Virus record (IMG/VR): IMGVR_UViG_3300029580_000011
Source of the DNA: a virus
Direction: 5' to 3' (one strand)
DNA: 41,412 bases
Shown here: in pieces, positions 39,218 to 41,412 of the stretch
Layout: every line of letters starts with the position of its first letter
How positions within the stretch are numbered: the stretch's first letter is position 1
Program-made: the position numbers and the translations under genes
Notes under the pieces: generated by a model
What the model saw: the letters and a program-made list of their open reading frames with translations, nothing else
The model's database searches: none
Told to the model about the DNA's origin: nothing

Positions 39218-39919
39218 ATGAAGAAAGCTACTACCAACGAGACCACGTTTATCTGTGTCAAACCCATCATCAAGGCCGAGTACACCATCCGCATTGTGGG
39301 CGACAGCCCCCTGCTGGTGCACGCATGGAGCGAGAAGGCCAAGAAGGAGATGCTGCAGGCGCAGCAGGGCAAGAAGCTCCTGAAAAAGGACAAGGTTGCC
39401 AAGAACCCGGCGGGCGAGTGCGCCGAGGCGCTCTACTGGCTGGATGGCAAGCCGGACATTGATTACAGCGACTGGACGGAAGATTTGCTGCACCAGTACG
39501 GCATGACCGCCCGCTTTGGCTTCCCGGCCTGCGCCGTCAAGGCTGCTGCCATTTCCGCAGCATACCGCATTGGCGCGATGAAGAACAAAGTCACCGGCAA
39601 CGGTCTGTTCCATGTTTTTGGCACTGACAACCCGGAGCTTATCGAGATTAAGACCTTCGATGAAAGCGAGCCGAAGTTTGAGATGGCAGAGGACGAGGTG
39701 AAAATCGGCATGGGTACCTCTGACCTGCGCTACCGCCCGAAGTTTTATAACTGGTACGCAGACCTGCGCATTGAGTACAACAGCGGCAGCGGCATGATCG
39801 ACCTGGACAGCATCCTGAACATGATCGAGCTTGGCGGCGACATGTGCGGTCTGGGCGAGTGGCGCATTGAAAAGGGCGGCAGCTGCGGCAAGTTCCACGT
39901 CAACAAGAACTTTGATTGA
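39218..39919 (+). CDS. conserved-looking early protein of unknown function (233 aa) with Gly-rich C-terminus
   Basis: ATG 8 nt after GGAGG. Motifs FGFPACAVKAAAISAAYR, DLRYRPKFYNW and GGDMCGLGEWRIEKGGSCGKFHV. Confidence 0.7.
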   Translation: MKKATTNETTFICVKPIIKAEYTIRIVGDSPLLVHAWSEKAKKEMLQAQQGKKLLKKDKVAKNPAGECAEALYWLDGKPDIDYSDWTEDLLHQYGMTARFGFPACAVKAAAISAAYRIGAMKNKVTGNGLFHVFGTDNPELIEIKTFDESEPKFEMAEDEVKIGMGTSDLRYRPKFYNWYADLRIEYNSGSGMIDLDSILNMIELGGDMCGLGEWRIEKGGSCGKFHVNKNFD

Positions 39920-40421
39920 TTTGGCTGGCTAGGCGAGCCAAGGCGGGCGTTGGCATGTTAAGCTTCGGCAGGGCCGGTTAGGCGAGCTACGGCGTTGTGT
40001 GGCTAGGCACGGCAGGCATGGTTAGACAGTCCGGGTTTAGGTAGATTCCGGTATGGCTGTTAAGGCGTGTTACGGTATTTTGTGTCTAGGCACGGCTGGT
40101 AGGGCTAGGAATGCCGAGGATTGGAAAGTCAAGGCGTGGCTGTCATGGACAGGCTAGTTTCGGAAGGTTTTGACCGGGTTTGGATTGGCTGGTTAGTCTG
40201 GGTGAGGCGCTTTTTGGAGTGGCTTGCTGAGGCAAGGTAAGGCTGTCCAGGTAAGGCGAGGCGGTGCCCCTTCGGGTAAGGTCAGGTTTGGTTATGCAGG
40301 GCAGGCATGGTTAGGAGCGGCGGAGTGAGGAATGCTCCGGTTAGGTATGTTTCGGCTGGCGAGGTGAGGCGAGTTGGGTTTTGCCGTGCTTCGGCTGGCA
40401 TGGAATGCCAAAATCAAAAAC
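39920..40421 (+). repeat. ORF-free G+T-skewed array of degenerate AGGC/YTAGG/TTCGG motifs
   Basis: 16 AGGC, 5 TTCGG and 5 CCGG(G)TT(T)(A)GG-type motifs. Exact repeats ggcaggcatggttag (40011, 40300) and ctaggcacggc (40003, 40086). The + strand is C-poor. Confidence 0.85.
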
Positions 40422-40433
40422 AGGAGGTTGCAT

Positions 40434-40994
40434 ATGAAAAATATCAAAGGTTATGCGTGGAAAAACGAGCGCACCGCAGCGTTCTACCACGCAACCGCAG
40501 AACAGGCGCATGAAGCGTTTGAAGAAATCCGCCAGCGGGACGGTAAGCTGACCCCGGAGGCGGTGGTGGACAGCGCAAGGCCGGAGGAATCGGTGCTGCA
40601 TGAGGACTTCGAGTGGCGGGACGATGTTGCCGCCGAGAAGTACCGGCAGGGGCAGGCCCGCCAGATGGTCGGCGCGGTGCGCATTATCCGCGAGGAGTGT
40701 CCGCCGGTGCGGGCATACGTCAATGTCAAGGTGGTTTCTTCCATGCCGCTGAAAGCCACTGATTGCATCCGTAAAGAGGATGAAGAGCCTGAGCAGACCA
40801 CCGAGGAAGAGAACGATGGCCGCTGCTATATGCCACTGGAAGAGGTTTTGCAAAAGCCAGACCTCTGCAATCAGATGATGGCAGATGCCCGGCGGGATGC
40901 TCAGACCTACAAGCAGAAATACAGCACGCTGGCAAGCCTTGCAAGCATCATGCAGGCTATCGACCAGACGTTTGAGGAGGACACCCATGAGTGA
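40434..40994 (+). CDS. hypothetical early protein (186 aa)
   Basis: ATG 6 nt after AGGAGG. Motif LTPEAVVDSARPEESVLHEDFEWRDDVAAEKYRQGQARQMV. Confidence 0.7.
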   Translation: MKNIKGYAWKNERTAAFYHATAEQAHEAFEEIRQRDGKLTPEAVVDSARPEESVLHEDFEWRDDVAAEKYRQGQARQMVGAVRIIREECPPVRAYVNVKVVSSMPLKATDCIRKEDEEPEQTTEEENDGRCYMPLEEVLQKPDLCNQMMADARRDAQTYKQKYSTLASLASIMQAIDQTFEEDTHE

Positions 40995-41412
40995 AAAGAT
41001 CATCGCATATAAGGCCATGGACAAAAATATGCAGTGCCGTGGCAAGCAGTACGAGGTGGGCAAGACCTACCATGAGGACAAGGCCGACTGCCGCAACGCT
41101 GGCATGCACGCCTGCGAGAACCCGCTGGATGTGCTGCACTACTACCCGTTGAGGGATGGCCCGCGTTTTTTTGAGGTCGAGTGCGGCGGGAACGTGGATA
41201 AAAGCGTAGAGGACAGCAAACTGGCCTGCACTGAGCTGACGGTGAAAGGCGAGGTGAATTTTGCAGGGCTGGTAAAAGCTACGGTGAACGCCGTTTTTAA
41301 TCGGGTGAAGGGCAAAGAACCTTTTTCCAGCGGCGATTACAGCACGGCGGGTTCCAGCGGCTATTCCAGCACGGCTGGTTCCAGCGGCTATTCCAGCACG
41401 GCGGGTTCCAGC
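40987..41412 (+). CDS. N-terminal part of the nonapeptide-repeat protein (runs off the window end, continues at nt 48/3-407)
   Basis: The ATG overlaps the upstream stop. 142 codons with no stop, ending in SSGDY-STAGSSGYS repeats. In phase with frame 3 at the window start. Confidence 0.7.
   Translation, partial: MSEKIIAYKAMDKNMQCRGKQYEVGKTYHEDKADCRNAGMHACENPLDVLHYYPLRDGPRFFEVECGGNVDKSVEDSKLACTELTVKGEVNFAGLVKATVNAVFNRVKGKEPFSSGDYSTAGSSGYSSTAGSSGYSSTAGSS
41326..41412 (+). repeat. 27-nt tandem repeat (same family as 1-194)
   Basis: tccagcggcgattac followed by agcacggc[gt]ggttccagcggctattcc units. Confidence 0.9.

Larger units (their letters stand above)
1..41412. mobile_element. Complete temperate siphovirus-type phage genome, circular/attP form
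   Basis: Full early-packaging-head-tail-lysis order on + strand. Tyrosine integrase lies next to a partial tRNA (attP). nt 1-47 are identical to nt 41366-41412, with an ORF in phase across the join. Confidence 0.85.

Noticed and set aside
39920-40421. Possible CRISPR array or a retron/DGR template in the repeat-rich non-coding region.
   Set aside because: There are no regularly spaced direct repeats of 24-40 bp separated by unique spacers. No reverse transcriptase or cas gene occurs anywhere in the window. No second, adenine-mutated copy of any segment was seen near the tail fibre gene.
40307-40513. 68-aa track ORF MVRSGGVRNAPVRY... spanning the end of the motif array and the start of the next gene.
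   Set aside because: It has no RBS and a Gly/Arg/Val composition dictated by the GT-rich repeats. It also overlaps the well-supported start (AGGAGG-6-ATG) at 40434 in another frame.
41366-41412. The terminal 47-nt identity as a biological direct terminal repeat or cos-type end.
   Set aside because: The overlap falls inside a coding tandem repeat in the early region, far from terS. A PBSX-type TerL suggests headful packaging. Circular assembly overlap is the simpler explanation, but it needs read-level confirmation.

Overview
The window appears to be one complete temperate siphovirus-type phage genome in circular (attP) form, about 41.4 kb. The first 47 nt are identical to the last 47 nt, and an ORF reads in phase across that join. 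The backbone is GC-rich. Lysis is Gram-positive style (GH25 endolysin plus holins, no spanins), so the host is probably a high-GC Firmicute such as an Oscillospiraceae member; that host call is inference only.

Module order on the + strand:
- Early and replication genes (37950 through the join to 6800): Rad52-like annealase, SSB, DnaD-like replisome organiser with internal iterons, RusA, a lower-GC radical SAM gene, and a sigma-r4-like late regulator.
- An 860-bp ORF-free tRNA / tRNA-like cluster (6801-7659).
- TerS, TerL, portal and Mu-F-like head protein.
- A low-GC island inside the head module (DUF4417 plus small cassette genes), then tRNA-Lys, scaffold and capsid.
- Connectors, major tail protein, G/GT chaperone with a T_TTT_TTG slippery site, tape measure, Dit, Tal, and a mosaic receptor-binding protein.
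- Endolysin and holins.

After lysis comes a roughly 10-kb accessory and lysogeny region:
- A palindrome-rich locus.
- A minus-strand 4-gene operon under a consensus promoter with a TGACGTCA operator.
- A 7-gene cluster of low-complexity, Cys-rich proteins.
- attP (the 3' half of tRNA-Thr), the integrase, and two XRE regulators with divergent promoters.
- A low-GC 2-gene cassette.

The most unusual features:
1. A ~500-bp ORF-free, G+T-skewed array of degenerate AGGC/TAGG/TTCGG motifs in the early operon (39920-40421).
2. tRNA-like genes with aberrant anticodon arms, including a Lys-type tRNA with A33 and a 68-nt insertion.
3. Cassette genes that share a conserved junction and an N-terminal leader peptide inside the head module.
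4. Candidate anti-defence or defence cassettes flanking the integrase.

All protein family names come from motif recognition by eye, with no searches run. Coordinates are anchored to the supplied ORF track.
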